From positions 197,397-261,396 of the forward strand of contig CACMJS010000001.1 of NCBI GenBank assembly GCA_902614085.1: a DNA stretch of 64,000 nt, in the 5' to 3' direction. The notes beneath the pieces were generated by a model. It did no database searches. It saw only the letters and a list, made by a program, of their open reading frames with translations, and was not told the DNA's origin. Positions 43,110-53,871 of the stretch are shown here, piece by piece (the stretch's first letter is position 1; each line of letters opens with the position of its first letter). Position numbers and translations under genes: made by a program. This DNA comes from an uncultured Alphaproteobacteria bacterium. GTDB taxonomy: Bacteria; Pseudomonadota; Alphaproteobacteria; HIMB59; GCA-002718135.

Positions 43110-43594
43110 TAACAATTATCTAAATTTATGTCAGATAAAATAGAAATTAATTGGTTTAAGTTATCACTTATTGCCAATTCATACTTTTTTTCTAAAGAAG
43201 TATCCGCTCCATGGTTGTAGCCTGAGGATTTTGGTATAATTGAAAAATAAGAAATTATTTCTTTTTCAAAAGTTATACAATTATTTTTAATTGATGTTAA
43301 AGTATAATAAAACCTTAACTCATATCGAAGGTTTGATGTTGCTTGGTTTGTTTCCACAGACCTTTTGGTCTTTTTCTCATTAACATTAATTTGTAGATTA
43401 TATGTATATTCATCACTTTCACCAAAGTACATTGGTAGATACGAATTCATAAAACTCAAATCTGTGCCAGATGTAAAAACTTTTGTTTTTTGATAAAGTG
43501 GGTTTATGGGATTTTTTTCATCATTATAAATAAATTCAACACCGCTACAAGAGACAATAAAACAAAATAAAAAAATAAAAAATAGCTTCTTCAC
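43109..43594 (-). CDS. lptE: LptE-like LPS assembly lipoprotein
   Basis: Lipobox IVSC; position between leuS and holA. Confidence 0.65.
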   Translation of the reverse strand: MKKLFFIFLFCFIVSCSGVEFIYNDEKNPINPLYQKTKVFTSGTDLSFMNSYLPMYFGESDEYTYNLQINVNEKKTKRSVETNQATSNLRYELRFYYTLTSIKNNCITFEKEIISYFSIIPKSSGYNHGADTSLEKKYELAISDNLNQLISILSDINLDNC

Positions 43595-46104
43595 TAGATT
43601 ACTAGGTTTACAATTTTTCCAGGAACATAAATTTCTCTAATAACATTTTTCCCCAATAAGTTTTTTTTAATTTTATTGTTACTTTTTACTATATTTAAAA
43701 TCTCTTCTTTTGAAATTTTATCTTCTATCTGAATAATTTCTTTGGTCTTACCATTTATTTGAATTGCTATATTTATGTTAGTTTTTTTCTTTACCTCCTC
43801 TTTTGGCCAAGCCTCACTAATACATAAAGTTTTATTCCCAAGGCTTGACCAAATCTCTTCGCTTATATGTGGAACAAAAGGCTGCAAAATTATTGAAAGT
43901 TTTCCCAGTGACCACTTAAAATTTTTTTCAGATAATTTTTTTTTCAAAACAGCGTTATTAAGAATATTTACAAATTCATATATTTTTGCAACGGATTTAT
44001 TAAATTGAAAATTTTCTATATTTTCTGATACTTCATTAATTATACCTTTTAAAGAATCTATCACATCACCATCTTCAGAATTATTTGGTTTATAATTATT
44101 AAGCTTGTCTGCAGTTTCATATAATTTATTTATAAACTTGAATGAAGAGGCTATCCCAGTTTCTGTCCACTGCAAATCTCTTTCTGGTGGACTATCTGAT
44201 AACATAAACCACCTAGCTGTATCAGCGCCATATGAATCAATAATATCATTTGGGTCAACAACATTCTTTTTTGATTTACTCATTTTTTCAATTTTTCCAC
44301 TTAAAACCTCAAAACCATCTTTGTCTTTTAAAACACCATTATATTTTTCTACATCTTTTGGCTCTATCCATTCATTATTTATATTTTTATAAGTAATATG
44401 AGTAACCATTCCTTGTGTAAACAAACCCTTAAACGGCTCGTCTAAACTAAAGTAGCCAAGGTCCCTTAAAGCTTTGGTAAAGAATCTTGAATATAAAAGA
44501 TGTAAAATAGCATGTTCTATACCGCCTATGTATTGGTCAACAGGTAACCAATACTCTATATCTTTTTTATCAAATGGTTTATTCAGTCTAGCATTGCAAT
44601 ATCGAAAATAATACCAAGAGGATTCAAAAAAAGTATCAAAAGTATCAGTCTCTCTGTAAGCTTTCATCCCAGTTTTTGGGCAGACAGTATCCTTCCAACC
44701 AGAAATATTGCTTAAAGCACTAGATGACTCACTAAAATTCTCAATGTCAGGAAGTTTAACCGGAAGATCTTCATCTTCAACTGCAAGTATTTCCCCATCC
44801 TCTCTATAAATAATAGGTATTGGGCAGCCCCAAAATCTCTGTCTGGAAATTCCCCAATCTCTTAATTTAAAATTTATTTTCTTTTTTCCTATTCCCCTTT
44901 TTTCTATTTCATTAATTATTTTTTCTTTTGCCTCATCGATGTTTAATCCATTTAAAAATTCTGAATTGATTATTATTCCATCCTCAGTGTAGGCCTTACT
45001 GTTGATTTTAAATTTATCTACCTCAATATCAATTGGTTTAACAACTGGAATGACATCAATATTGTATTCAGTTGCAAAATCCAAATCTCTTTGATCATGT
45101 GCAGGACAACCAAAAATTGCACCAAGACCATATTCTTTTAAAACAAAGTTAGCGACAAAGATCGGAATTTTTTTGCCTTCGATAAATGGGTGTTCAGCAA
45201 ATAAATTAGTATTAAACCCTCTTTTAATTTTATCAGGGTTTATGTTTTTACAGTCTTTAATAAATTTCAGTAAATCCGAGTTTTTCTTTGATATTTCAGC
45301 AACCAAACTATGCTCACTAGAAAGAGCTAAAAATGTAGCACCAAAAATTGTATCCGGTCTTGTTGTAAAAACTTTTATTTTTTTATTTTTTTCTGAAACA
45401 TTAAAATCAATCTCAACTCCTACGGACTTACCAATCCAATTAGATTGCATTATTTTTACTTTATTAGGCCAATTTTCTAATTTATCTAAATCATTTAAAA
45501 GCTCATTAGAATACTTGCTAATTTTTAAAAACCACTGAGATAACTTCTTTTTTTCTACAAGCGCTCCCGATCTCCATCCTTTTCCATCAATCACTTGTTC
45601 ATTTGCCAAAACTGTTTTGTCTACAGGGTCCCAATTGACCTCAGCCTCTTTTTTATAAGCAAGACCAGATTTAAACATATCAATAAAAAACTTTTGTTCA
45701 TGCTTGTAATAATCAGGATGGCATGTTGCAATTTCTCTATCCCAATCCAGAGACAACCCCATTTTTAGAAGTTGTTTTTTCATTGTTTTAATATTTTGGT
45801 ACGTCCAACTTTCAGGATGTTTTTTTTCAGTTAAAGCGGCATTTTCAGCAGGAAGGCCAAAAGCATCCCAACCCATTGGATGAAGGACATTATAGCCTTT
45901 CATTTTTTTATATCTTGCAACTACATCACCCAATGTGTAGTTTCTTACATGTCCCATATGTATCTTTCCAGAGGGATATGGAAACATTTCTAAAACATAA
46001 TACTTTTCACCATTTTCATTTTTAGAAGTCTGAAAAATTTTTTTGTCTGACCATATATTCTGCCATTTTTTTTCAACTAATTTGTGATTGTATCGCGATG
46101 ACAC
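43594..46104 (-). CDS. leuS: Leucine--tRNA ligase
   Basis: [13 protein letters not shown] (HIGH), FTTRPDT editing domain, KMSKS. Confidence 0.98.
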   Translation of the reverse strand: MSSRYNHKLVEKKWQNIWSDKKIFQTSKNENGEKYYVLEMFPYPSGKIHMGHVRNYTLGDVVARYKKMKGYNVLHPMGWDAFGLPAENAALTEKKHPESWTYQNIKTMKKQLLKMGLSLDWDREIATCHPDYYKHEQKFFIDMFKSGLAYKKEAEVNWDPVDKTVLANEQVIDGKGWRSGALVEKKKLSQWFLKISKYSNELLNDLDKLENWPNKVKIMQSNWIGKSVGVEIDFNVSEKNKKIKVFTTRPDTIFGATFLALSSEHSLVAEISKKNSDLLKFIKDCKNINPDKIKRGFNTNLFAEHPFIEGKKIPIFVANFVLKEYGLGAIFGCPAHDQRDLDFATEYNIDVIPVVKPIDIEVDKFKINSKAYTEDGIIINSEFLNGLNIDEAKEKIINEIEKRGIGKKKINFKLRDWGISRQRFWGCPIPIIYREDGEILAVEDEDLPVKLPDIENFSESSSALSNISGWKDTVCPKTGMKAYRETDTFDTFFESSWYYFRYCNARLNKPFDKKDIEYWLPVDQYIGGIEHAILHLLYSRFFTKALRDLGYFSLDEPFKGLFTQGMVTHITYKNINNEWIEPKDVEKYNGVLKDKDGFEVLSGKIEKMSKSKKNVVDPNDIIDSYGADTARWFMLSDSPPERDLQWTETGIASSFKFINKLYETADKLNNYKPNNSEDGDVIDSLKGIINEVSENIENFQFNKSVAKIYEFVNILNNAVLKKKLSEKNFKWSLGKLSIILQPFVPHISEEIWSSLGNKTLCISEAWPKEEVKKKTNINIAIQINGKTKEIIQIEDKISKEEILNIVKSNNKIKKNLLGKNVIREIYVPGKIVNLVI

Positions 46105-46107
46105 TTC

Positions 46108-46713
46108 TTAACTTGATTGGAGTTTTAATTTTTTTGCTTTATTTAATATAGCGTTTTCAATTTTTATATTATCCTCTTGATCAACCTTTTTATTTATCCA
46201 AGAAGGATCTTTATATTCTTGGCAAAAAGATGTTACCTTTAGATTTTCAGTGTTGAGCCGCATTCCAGAAATAAAAATATTTAACTTACACCTCTCATTA
46301 GGGTTAGTAGATGTTGAATACCAGTCTGTAATTATTGTTCCACCAACTTGATCTGCAGAGCTTAAAGGCATAAAATCAATTGTTTCTAAGGTCGCTTTCC
46401 AAAGAAAAGGGTTTACTGTCATAGCAATTGTCGTTGTAGAATTATTGTTTCCTGAATCATTGTTTATAATACCACTAAATGAAATTCCGCCCTTCCCCAA
46501 CAAACCACCTCCTGTTTGAAGTCTGGTCTCAGCATCTCTCATGGCTAAATCCATATCTATTGCTGAATTAAATTTTGTCCCCGATCTTTCAATAATTTCA
46601 TTTTTAGTCTGGGCTTTTGACCACAACTCATCCATCTCTTCTTCAGTTTTATTACTATTGCAAGAAATAAGAAAAGAAAGAAATACTAATAAAATTACTT
46701 TGTTCAAAATCAT
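46108..46713 (-). CDS. DUF3576 domain lipoprotein
   Basis: Lipobox LISC; VNPFLWKATLETIDFMPLSSAD..GGTIITDWY; ATG at 46713 preferred (the track's start lies in a terminator). Confidence 0.85.
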   Translation of the reverse strand: MILNKVILLVFLSFLISCNSNKTEEEMDELWSKAQTKNEIIERSGTKFNSAIDMDLAMRDAETRLQTGGGLLGKGGISFSGIINNDSGNNNSTTTIAMTVNPFLWKATLETIDFMPLSSADQVGGTIITDWYSTSTNPNERCKLNIFISGMRLNTENLKVTSFCQEYKDPSWINKKVDQEDNIKIENAILNKAKKLKLQSS

Positions 46714-46753
46714 TGAATTATAATTATTGTATTGGGGCCTAAATGTAAAACAT

Positions 46754-46786
46754 AAAAAAAACGGCACTCGTTAAAGTGCCGTTTTC
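46754..46786 (-). terminator. Rho-independent terminator of the porin gene
   Basis: Minus strand AAAACGGCACT-TTAACG-AGTGCCGTTTTTTTT: GC-containing stem followed by a T run, about 20 nt after the porin stop. Confidence 0.9.
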
Positions 46787-46805
46787 AAAGATATAAAATC
46801 TTTAA

Positions 46806-47855
46806 TTAAAATGCCATGTTAGCACCGATGTACCATGCAGATCCATCGTCTGTAGCAGCACCTTCATTGCTTGCTTCCATTGAAGTGTAACCTAGAATTG
46901 CAGTCACACCAGAAGCTACAGCATATGAAACACTAGCTGAAGTAGTATCGATAGAGTCATCAGACCCACCACTTGAACCAACAGTGTTATCTTTTGCATC
47001 AGCTGAAGTAATACCAACATTAAATGTTAGATCACCGCTTACATATTTAACACCAGCTTTAACTACGTCACCTTCAACTTCACCTACACCAGCTGCAGCT
47101 GAGTTAACGCCACCTTTGTTACCATCACCATAACCAACAGCAACAGTTAGATCTCCAGTTACAGCACTTAAGCCAACATGGAACATAGAATCATCGTTAG
47201 TTATAGCAGTTGCAGTTTTTGAACCTTCAGAAGCTGAATAACCAGTACCGATAGTTACTGATGAGTCACCTAGGTCAGTTACATAAGTAGCACCAATCGC
47301 GTAGTGACTGTCTACTCTATATGTAGCAGTTGCAGCAGCACCACTATCTGTAGAAGCTGAGAATGACATTTTTAGTCCATCAGCCATGAAGTCAGAAGCA
47401 GTGTGATACTCAACACCTAATACTGTTGATGTAGCACCAAAATCTAAACCAGTTTGCGCTTGGTTAACAGATGTAGTTGCTACACCTTCAGCACCAGCTG
47501 AACCTGGGATAGATACTGCATGTGATCCTGCAGCGTTACCAGCATTAAGAACATCAAGCTTTGAGCCATCAGTGAATGCTAAAGTAAATCCAGCATCAAC
47601 ATCACCAGCAGCAGCATTTTCATCCATAAGCTTAAAGCTTGATGAAATAGTCATTCCACCGTCAGTAGTTTCAGATAATGATACAGTAAAGTTGTTATCA
47701 TTAATTTGGGCATTAGTGTCTGTTCCACCTGTTGGTGAATCAAACTCAACACCAGTTTGGTGGTTACCACTCATAGTCGCTGTTACGGCTTCAGCAACTG
47801 AAGCAGCACCAAGCGTAGAAACTAGAGCAGTTCCCATTAATAGTTCTTTTTTCAT
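46806..47855 (-). CDS. Major outer membrane porin (alphaproteobacterial type)
   Basis: Signal peptide, G/A/S/T-rich beta strands, C-terminal aromatic F, strong SD (AAGGAG), highly-expressed-type codon bias, own terminator. Confidence 0.85.
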   Translation of the reverse strand: MKKELLMGTALVSTLGAASVAEAVTATMSGNHQTGVEFDSPTGGTDTNAQINDNNFTVSLSETTDGGMTISSSFKLMDENAAAGDVDAGFTLAFTDGSKLDVLNAGNAAGSHAVSIPGSAGAEGVATTSVNQAQTGLDFGATSTVLGVEYHTASDFMADGLKMSFSASTDSGAAATATYRVDSHYAIGATYVTDLGDSSVTIGTGYSASEGSKTATAITNDDSMFHVGLSAVTGDLTVAVGYGDGNKGGVNSAAAGVGEVEGDVVKAGVKYVSGDLTFNVGITSADAKDNTVGSSGGSDDSIDTTSASVSYAVASGVTAILGYTSMEASNEGAATDDGSAWYIGANMAF

Positions 47856-48009
47856 AATTACTCCTTTTGAGTTAATGAATATTCATTAAACACAAGAAAC
47901 ACTCTTGTATTGATGTCCTAATATTTAAAAATTGAATAAATTACAAAAAAAGCATAATGATTTATTATATTTTTTTAAACAATGTTGTTTTTTTACAACA
48001 TTATGATTT

Positions 48010-48648
48010 ATGTTTAATATTAAGAAATACAATGAAATAAAGGATTTTTTAAAAAAAAGCAGTAATTCTGCCAAAATTATTGCTATATCTAAAAATCATC
48101 CACTTAAAAGCGTTTTAGAGGCGATTAATGCCGGAGTATACATATTTGGGGAAAATAGAGTTCAAGAAGCAGAAGAAAAATTTCAAAAACTAAAGCTGGA
48201 TAATACCAAAATAGAACTTCACTTAACTGGGCCACTTCAATCAAATAAAGTAAAATCAGCAATTCAGCTTTTTGATGTTTTTCATACTTTAGATAGGGAA
48301 AAAATAGCAAGAGAGTTCTCAAAATATAGAGAATTACTACTAAATAAGAAAATTTTTCTTCAGGTAAATACAGGAAAAGAAAAAACAAAAAGCGGTATTT
48401 TTCCGGAAGACACGAAAGACTTTTTGTTTTTTTTAAAACAAGAAATGAAATTATCCATTATCGGCTTAATGTGTATACCGCCAATAGATGATGACCCAGG
48501 CTATCACTTTAATAAATTAAAACTTCTTGCATATGAAAACAAAATTAATGAGTTAAGCATTGGTATGAGCGATGACTATGAGAAAGCACTACAATTTAAT
48601 CCAACATACATTAGGCTTGGAACAATCTTGTTTGGAAAAAGATCGTGA
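48010..48648 (+). CDS. yggS: PLP homeostasis protein YggS
   Basis: IAISK, FGENRVQE, GPLQSNK, GLMCIPP, LSIGMSDDY, RLGTILFG. Confidence 0.95.
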   Translation: MFNIKKYNEIKDFLKKSSNSAKIIAISKNHPLKSVLEAINAGVYIFGENRVQEAEEKFQKLKLDNTKIELHLTGPLQSNKVKSAIQLFDVFHTLDREKIAREFSKYRELLLNKKIFLQVNTGKEKTKSGIFPEDTKDFLFFLKQEMKLSIIGLMCIPPIDDDPGYHFNKLKLLAYENKINELSIGMSDDYEKALQFNPTYIRLGTILFGKRS

Positions 48649-49238
48649 AAAACGGACTAAATATATTTTGTAATAACAAAATTAAAAATTTTTTACCCTC
48701 TCTTCTTCTAGATTATGAATTAACTATTATGAAATTAGATCAAATAAAAAATAATATACAAGTATCTCAAGCAAACATAATTATTATAAATAACAATGAT
48801 ATTGATCTTAAAGACTATGACAAGTTAATTGATAACTGTTTAATAATTTCAAATTTGAAAAAATTAAATTTTAATAATAAATCAAACATATTAAATAGTC
48901 CGCTCTCTATAAATCACCTAAAAAACGGAATTGAGAACTTTGTTCAAAACTTAAAAGTTCAGTTTCATGATTTATCTCTTTATAAAGAAAAACTTATAAA
49001 TCTTGATAATGATAATTTTTGCTACCTAACTAAAATAGAATTAGAGATCTTAACCTGTTTAATTAGGAAGAAAGAAACAAGTAAAAATTTTATTAAAGAA
49101 AATATATTAAATATTAAATCAAATATTGAAACTAATTCTCTTGAAAGCCATCTTTCGAGAATAAGAAAAAAAATGAATACCATAAAAACCAAAGTAAAAA
49201 TCAAAACAAAAAATGAAAAGCTTTTAATTACGATTTAA
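48645..49238 (+). CDS. OmpR-type winged-helix regulator with degenerate receiver domain (CenR-like position)
   Basis: C-terminal LTKIELEILTCL...TNSLESHLSRIRKK is an OmpR/PhoB wHTH; N-terminus lacks recognisable receiver acidic residues. Confidence 0.7.
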   Translation: MKNGLNIFCNNKIKNFLPSLLLDYELTIMKLDQIKNNIQVSQANIIIINNNDIDLKDYDKLIDNCLIISNLKKLNFNNKSNILNSPLSINHLKNGIENFVQNLKVQFHDLSLYKEKLINLDNDNFCYLTKIELEILTCLIRKKETSKNFIKENILNIKSNIETNSLESHLSRIRKKMNTIKTKVKIKTKNEKLLITI

Positions 49239-49831
49239 TTTAATAAATTAGGATTTATAAGTTTAAAAAAATTTTTATCAAAAACTTCATTGTAACTATG
49301 GTTATAAATTGAGAGCTTAAGAATATCATTATCAACCACCACCTCTATTGCCCTTAATATCAATGGTTGTTTCTCAAATATTATTCTTATAACGAAATTT
49401 TTTTCTTCATTATCAATTCCTTTTTTTTCTAATAATAGCTCATTATTCTTTACTTCTACTTTTCCATCTTCAAAAAAATAAGGATTTCTAAATATGTCAT
49501 AAAAGAACCAAGCATTAGTATTTTTTGGATTAAAAAATTCATCTTCTTCAAGCACATAATCATAATACATCGCTTTATTTTCAGATAAAATTATTAGAAT
49601 TTTTGTTGGTAAAAAATACTCAGCCCTGACTCTTTTTTTACCTATATATACTCTGCCTTCACTTAAGTTTTCTCCATCACTTTGTAGGAATGAAGCAGAG
49701 AAATCACTTAGTGAACTTAAATACTGTAACGCCTCTGCCTTGTCTTCAGAAGCTGATTGTGCTTTAAAGGCAAAAAAACTAAAAACTATTACTAATATAT
49801 AAAATAAATACCGTTCATTTTTTAAGAACAT
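49235..49831 (-). CDS. lolA: Outer membrane lipoprotein carrier LolA
   Basis: Signal peptide, FSASFLQ..G...EGRVYI...RAEY; downstream of ftsK. Confidence 0.8.
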   Translation of the reverse strand: MFLKNERYLFYILVIVFSFFAFKAQSASEDKAEALQYLSSLSDFSASFLQSDGENLSEGRVYIGKKRVRAEYFLPTKILIILSENKAMYYDYVLEEDEFFNPKNTNAWFFYDIFRNPYFFEDGKVEVKNNELLLEKKGIDNEEKNFVIRIIFEKQPLILRAIEVVVDNDILKLSIYNHSYNEVFDKNFFKLINPNLLN

Positions 49832-52049
49832 GTCTTTTACCTGCGTTATTTGCCTCGCTTATAATTCCATCTTCTTCCATCTTCTCTACTATTCTTGCTG
49901 CTCTATTATAACCGATCTGAAGATATCTTTGAATATAGCTTGTTGAAACTTTTTGTTGTTTAATCACAATATCAACTGCCTTACCATAAAGATCATCATT
50001 GTTATTTGAAATTAAATCTTCTGAATTTGAAATATTTAGTTCTTCTTCTGATAACGATATTTCTTTTTTATAATCAAATGTAGCCTGTTGTTTTATATAA
50101 TTAACTACCTTTTCAACTTCATTTTCTGACACAAAACCACCATGCAGCCTCTTTATTATACCGCCATTTTCTAAAAACAACATGTCACCACTACCCAATA
50201 ATTGTTCTGCACCCATTTCGTTAAGTATTGTTCTACTATCAAATTTACTTGATACCTTATAACTAATACGACTAGGAAAATTTGCTTTTATTGTTCCTGT
50301 AATTACGTCAACACTAGGTCTTTGTGTGGCTGTAATTAAGTGAATTCCTGATGCTCTTGCCATTTGTGCCAATCTTTGAACCAATGACTCAACTTCTTTT
50401 CCAGCAACCATCATCAAATCCGCCATTTCATCAATCACCACAACAATAAAAGGCATTTTTTCAAGAATAATTTCTTGTTTTTCAATAATAGGCATCCTTG
50501 TATCATCATCAATACCTGTTTGAACCTCCCTAAAAAGTTTTCTTCCAGACGAAATAGTTCTTAAAACTTTATCATTATAAGAATCTATATTTTTTACATT
50601 TAAGGAGCTCATTAATTTATATCTATTTTCCATTTCTCTAACTACCCACTTAAGAGCAAATACAGCTTTTTTTGGATCAGTAACTACAGGTGTTAAAAGA
50701 TGTGGAATATCTTCATAAATACTCAATTCTAACATTTTAGGATCAATTAATATTAGTTTGCATTCATTAGGTTTAAATTTGTAAAGTATGCTTAATATCA
50801 TTGTGTTAATACCCACGGATTTTCCCGAACCAGTTGTTCCTGCTATCAGTAGGTGAGGCATTCGCTCTAAATTTGCGAAAATACTTTTTCCAGATATATC
50901 TTTTCCTAATGCAAGAGTAAGGGAATCATTTTCAATTTCAAATTCATCTTCTTCAATTAAATCACCAAATAAAACACTATCTCTTTTAGTATTTGGTATT
51001 TCGATACCTAAGCTTGTCTTGCCAGGTTGAGTTGAAATTCTAGCAGAAATAGAAGACATTGCCCTAGCAATATCATCAGACAAACCTATTACTTTACTAG
51101 ATTTTATTCCTGCATTTGGAATAAATTCAAATAAAGTTACAATTGGACCACTACTAAAACCAACTATTTTTCCTTCAACACCATATTCAGAGAGTGTTTT
51201 CTCTAACTTAACAGCAGCATCAGTGTTTATTTTTTCCAATTCTTTGTTTTTATTATTTTTTAAATTTGATTTCGAAAGTAGATTTTTGGATGGAAGGCTA
51301 AAGCTAAAATTATCAAGCTCTAGTTGTTTACTAGTTTTAGGATTATTATTATTTTTTTTGCTTAAACTGACATGATTTCTTTTTTTAATTGTTGGTTCAC
51401 TTCTTAATGTTTTTTTTGTAATTTTTTTTCTAAAATTTATATATTTAAATAAACCAAATATAGAAAATAAAAATTTAAAATATTTAAAAAATTTTAAGAA
51501 AGAAAATAATTTATTTATCCAAGAAAATTTTATCCTAAAAGATATAAATATTAAAACTACTCCAAATACTAAAAGTAAAAAATTTATAATAAAATCAATA
51601 AAAATATTTTCTAGAAGATTTAAATTTATATTTGTAAATAAATCGAATAGGAACTGTGAAACCAAACCTGTTTTTAAAAAGGTTATATCAGCTGATTTTA
51701 TGGAAACATTAATAAGAGTTATTCCTGTCAGGTTTGATAAAAATTTTAAAATTATAAATCTACTAGGAATACCTAAAAACAATTTTCCACCTTCTAGTAT
51801 TATAAAAAACACCAATAAATAACTTAGTGTTCCAATAAAAATTAATGAATAACTTGATAAATAAGCTCCAAAAAAACCCACTAAATTTTCAATATTGCTG
51901 TCATTAACATTGTAATTAAATTGATTAAAACCCGGATCATTTGCAGAGTATGAGTAAAGACTGGTAAAATAAATTAGGCCAAATCCAAATAAAATTATTC
52001 CTACTATAAATTTAACAATAAAATTTCTAAGTGAACCATACTTGAACAT
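49815..52049 (-). CDS. ftsK: DNA translocase FtsK
   Basis: N-terminal TMs, MPHLLIAGTTGSGKS, IDEMADLMM, ATQRPSVDVITG, gamma domain IGYNRAARI. Confidence 0.98.
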   Translation of the reverse strand: MFKYGSLRNFIVKFIVGIILFGFGLIYFTSLYSYSANDPGFNQFNYNVNDSNIENLVGFFGAYLSSYSLIFIGTLSYLLVFFIILEGGKLFLGIPSRFIILKFLSNLTGITLINVSIKSADITFLKTGLVSQFLFDLFTNINLNLLENIFIDFIINFLLLVFGVVLIFISFRIKFSWINKLFSFLKFFKYFKFLFSIFGLFKYINFRKKITKKTLRSEPTIKKRNHVSLSKKNNNNPKTSKQLELDNFSFSLPSKNLLSKSNLKNNKNKELEKINTDAAVKLEKTLSEYGVEGKIVGFSSGPIVTLFEFIPNAGIKSSKVIGLSDDIARAMSSISARISTQPGKTSLGIEIPNTKRDSVLFGDLIEEDEFEIENDSLTLALGKDISGKSIFANLERMPHLLIAGTTGSGKSVGINTMILSILYKFKPNECKLILIDPKMLELSIYEDIPHLLTPVVTDPKKAVFALKWVVREMENRYKLMSSLNVKNIDSYNDKVLRTISSGRKLFREVQTGIDDDTRMPIIEKQEIILEKMPFIVVVIDEMADLMMVAGKEVESLVQRLAQMARASGIHLITATQRPSVDVITGTIKANFPSRISYKVSSKFDSRTILNEMGAEQLLGSGDMLFLENGGIIKRLHGGFVSENEVEKVVNYIKQQATFDYKKEISLSEEELNISNSEDLISNNNDDLYGKAVDIVIKQQKVSTSYIQRYLQIGYNRAARIVEKMEEDGIISEANNAGKRHVLKK

Positions 52050-52096
52050 ATAGTTAGATTGTAATACATTTAGATTATGGTAATTCGAAGAAAATT

Positions 52097-53278
52097 ATGA
52101 AAGAAATTCAATCAAACATCAGTATAATAGGGGGAGGTCTTATAGGGGCTGTTACAGCATATTCACTTTCTAAGCTTGGGAATAAAGTAGTAGTTTTAGA
52201 GCAAAATGCTAAATTTAATCATAAAAATATTTTAGACAAAAGAACAACAGCAATTTCAGAGGGTACGAAAAAATTTCTTGAAGAAATAAATATTTGGAAT
52301 GAAATTGGTAATTACGCAGAACCAATAAGAAATATTCAGATAATAGACAGGAATCAATCAAACAAAATTTATTTTGATAATCAAAGAAGAAAATCCAATC
52401 TTGGATATATAGTTAAAAATGAGTTTATACTTGATTGCTTGTATAAAAAATTACAAAAACAAAAAAATGTAGAAATTTTTAACAATGTTTCTGTTAAAGA
52501 TATTTTTTATCAAGGCGACAGGATCGTAACCAAACAAAATAATTTCTATATTAATACAAATATTTTATTTGCATGTGATGGAAAAAACAGCTCTATAAGA
52601 AAAATTTTTAAAACACCAATTTATAGAAAAAATTATAGAAAAAAAGCAATTGTAATAAATTTTTATCACTCGAAGAATCACAATAATACTGCTTATGAAT
52701 TCTTCTTTAAAAATGGACCTCTTGCAATCTTACCAATGCAAAAAAATAAAAATCAGTTTCAAAGTTCCGTAGTTTGGACAAACACTAATGAATTTATAAA
52801 CTCTTTACTTTCTTTGGACGATAATAATATTATTTCCATTCTAAATGAAAAGACACAAGGAAGCGTAGGAGAGATAAAAAAAATAATCACCAAACAAACC
52901 TTTCCTCTAAAAGCTCATTTAAACTCTAAATTTTTTGAGAATAGAATTATTTATTTAGGTGATTCAGCTCATTCGTTTCATCCAATTGCAGGACAAGGAT
53001 GGAATCTAGGAATGCAAGATGTCGAAAGTATATATAATCTTGTCAAAAAATATAACTCTCTAGGTTTGGAATTGGGAGATGAAATATTTTGTAAAGAATT
53101 TCAGAAAGATAATTTTTTCAAAGCTTATAGACTGTATCAAATCACTGATAAAGTTGATAGTCTCTTTAAATCAGACAATACAATTTTTAATCATGCTAGG
53201 TTTTCAGCTATTAATTTAATTGAGAAAAGTAAAAAATTAAAAAATCAGATAAGTGATTTTGCGATGGGTGTTAATTAA
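52097..53278 (+). CDS. UbiH/UbiL-family FAD-dependent ubiquinone biosynthesis hydroxylase
   Basis: GGGLIG, RTTAIS, ACDGKNS, GPLAILP, GDSAHSFHPIAGQGWNLG. Confidence 0.9.
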   Translation: MKEIQSNISIIGGGLIGAVTAYSLSKLGNKVVVLEQNAKFNHKNILDKRTTAISEGTKKFLEEINIWNEIGNYAEPIRNIQIIDRNQSNKIYFDNQRRKSNLGYIVKNEFILDCLYKKLQKQKNVEIFNNVSVKDIFYQGDRIVTKQNNFYINTNILFACDGKNSSIRKIFKTPIYRKNYRKKAIVINFYHSKNHNNTAYEFFFKNGPLAILPMQKNKNQFQSSVVWTNTNEFINSLLSLDDNNIISILNEKTQGSVGEIKKIITKQTFPLKAHLNSKFFENRIIYLGDSAHSFHPIAGQGWNLGMQDVESIYNLVKKYNSLGLELGDEIFCKEFQKDNFFKAYRLYQITDKVDSLFKSDNTIFNHARFSAINLIEKSKKLKNQISDFAMGVN

Positions 53279-53870
53279 TAGTTTTATTATTATTATTATT
53301 ATCTTCAACAATCTCAAGCTCTAATATTGATTGAAGTTTTTTATAAAAATCACTTAAATTTTTTGTTTCCAAAAGAGCCTGTTTTTCAATATCGCTAAAA
53401 GGGGATATCATTGCTATAAACTTAATAATTTGATTAAAATCAATATTTTGAATTTCTTCTAAGTTTAAGTTAATTTTTTTGACTTTAATATATTGGCTAT
53501 ACTTATCTAAAAGATCATTTTTTTGTTTTTCATTTATAATGTTTTTATCTTCATCAAAATCTAACATTTCAGCTTCAACCAACCTAAACTTATATTTTTT
53601 TTCTAATTCTTTTTTAACTTTAAAACAATTAGTGCCCTGTAGACTAATTAAATATCGTCCGTCTGTTGTTTCACTAAAACTATGAATTTTTCCAATACAA
53701 CCAATATTATAGAGTTTATTTTTTTTATCAGATTGTATCATGCCTATGCATCTTTCCTTTGAGAGAGCGTAGTCCACCATCTCAAGATATCTCTTTTCAA
53801 ATATATTCAGAGGCAAGCTTGTTCCTGGAAAAAGGACTGCGCCGTTTAAAGGAAAGATAGGGATTTCCAT
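53271..53870 (-). CDS. LON peptidase substrate-binding domain protein
   Basis: IPIFPLNGAVLFPG..LPLNIFEKRYLEM, DGRYLI, EKQALLE. Confidence 0.92.
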   Translation of the reverse strand: MEIPIFPLNGAVLFPGTSLPLNIFEKRYLEMVDYALSKERCIGMIQSDKKNKLYNIGCIGKIHSFSETTDGRYLISLQGTNCFKVKKELEKKYKFRLVEAEMLDFDEDKNIINEKQKNDLLDKYSQYIKVKKINLNLEEIQNIDFNQIIKFIAMISPFSDIEKQALLETKNLSDFYKKLQSILELEIVEDNNNNNKTIN

Positions 53871-53871
53871 G

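Noticed and set aside
53283-53301. (TTA)n microsatellite encoding poly-Asn at the LON-domain C-terminus; also T tracts at 35250-35277
   Set aside because: In-frame or intergenic low-complexity sequence is common at this AT content; no evidence of phase variation.
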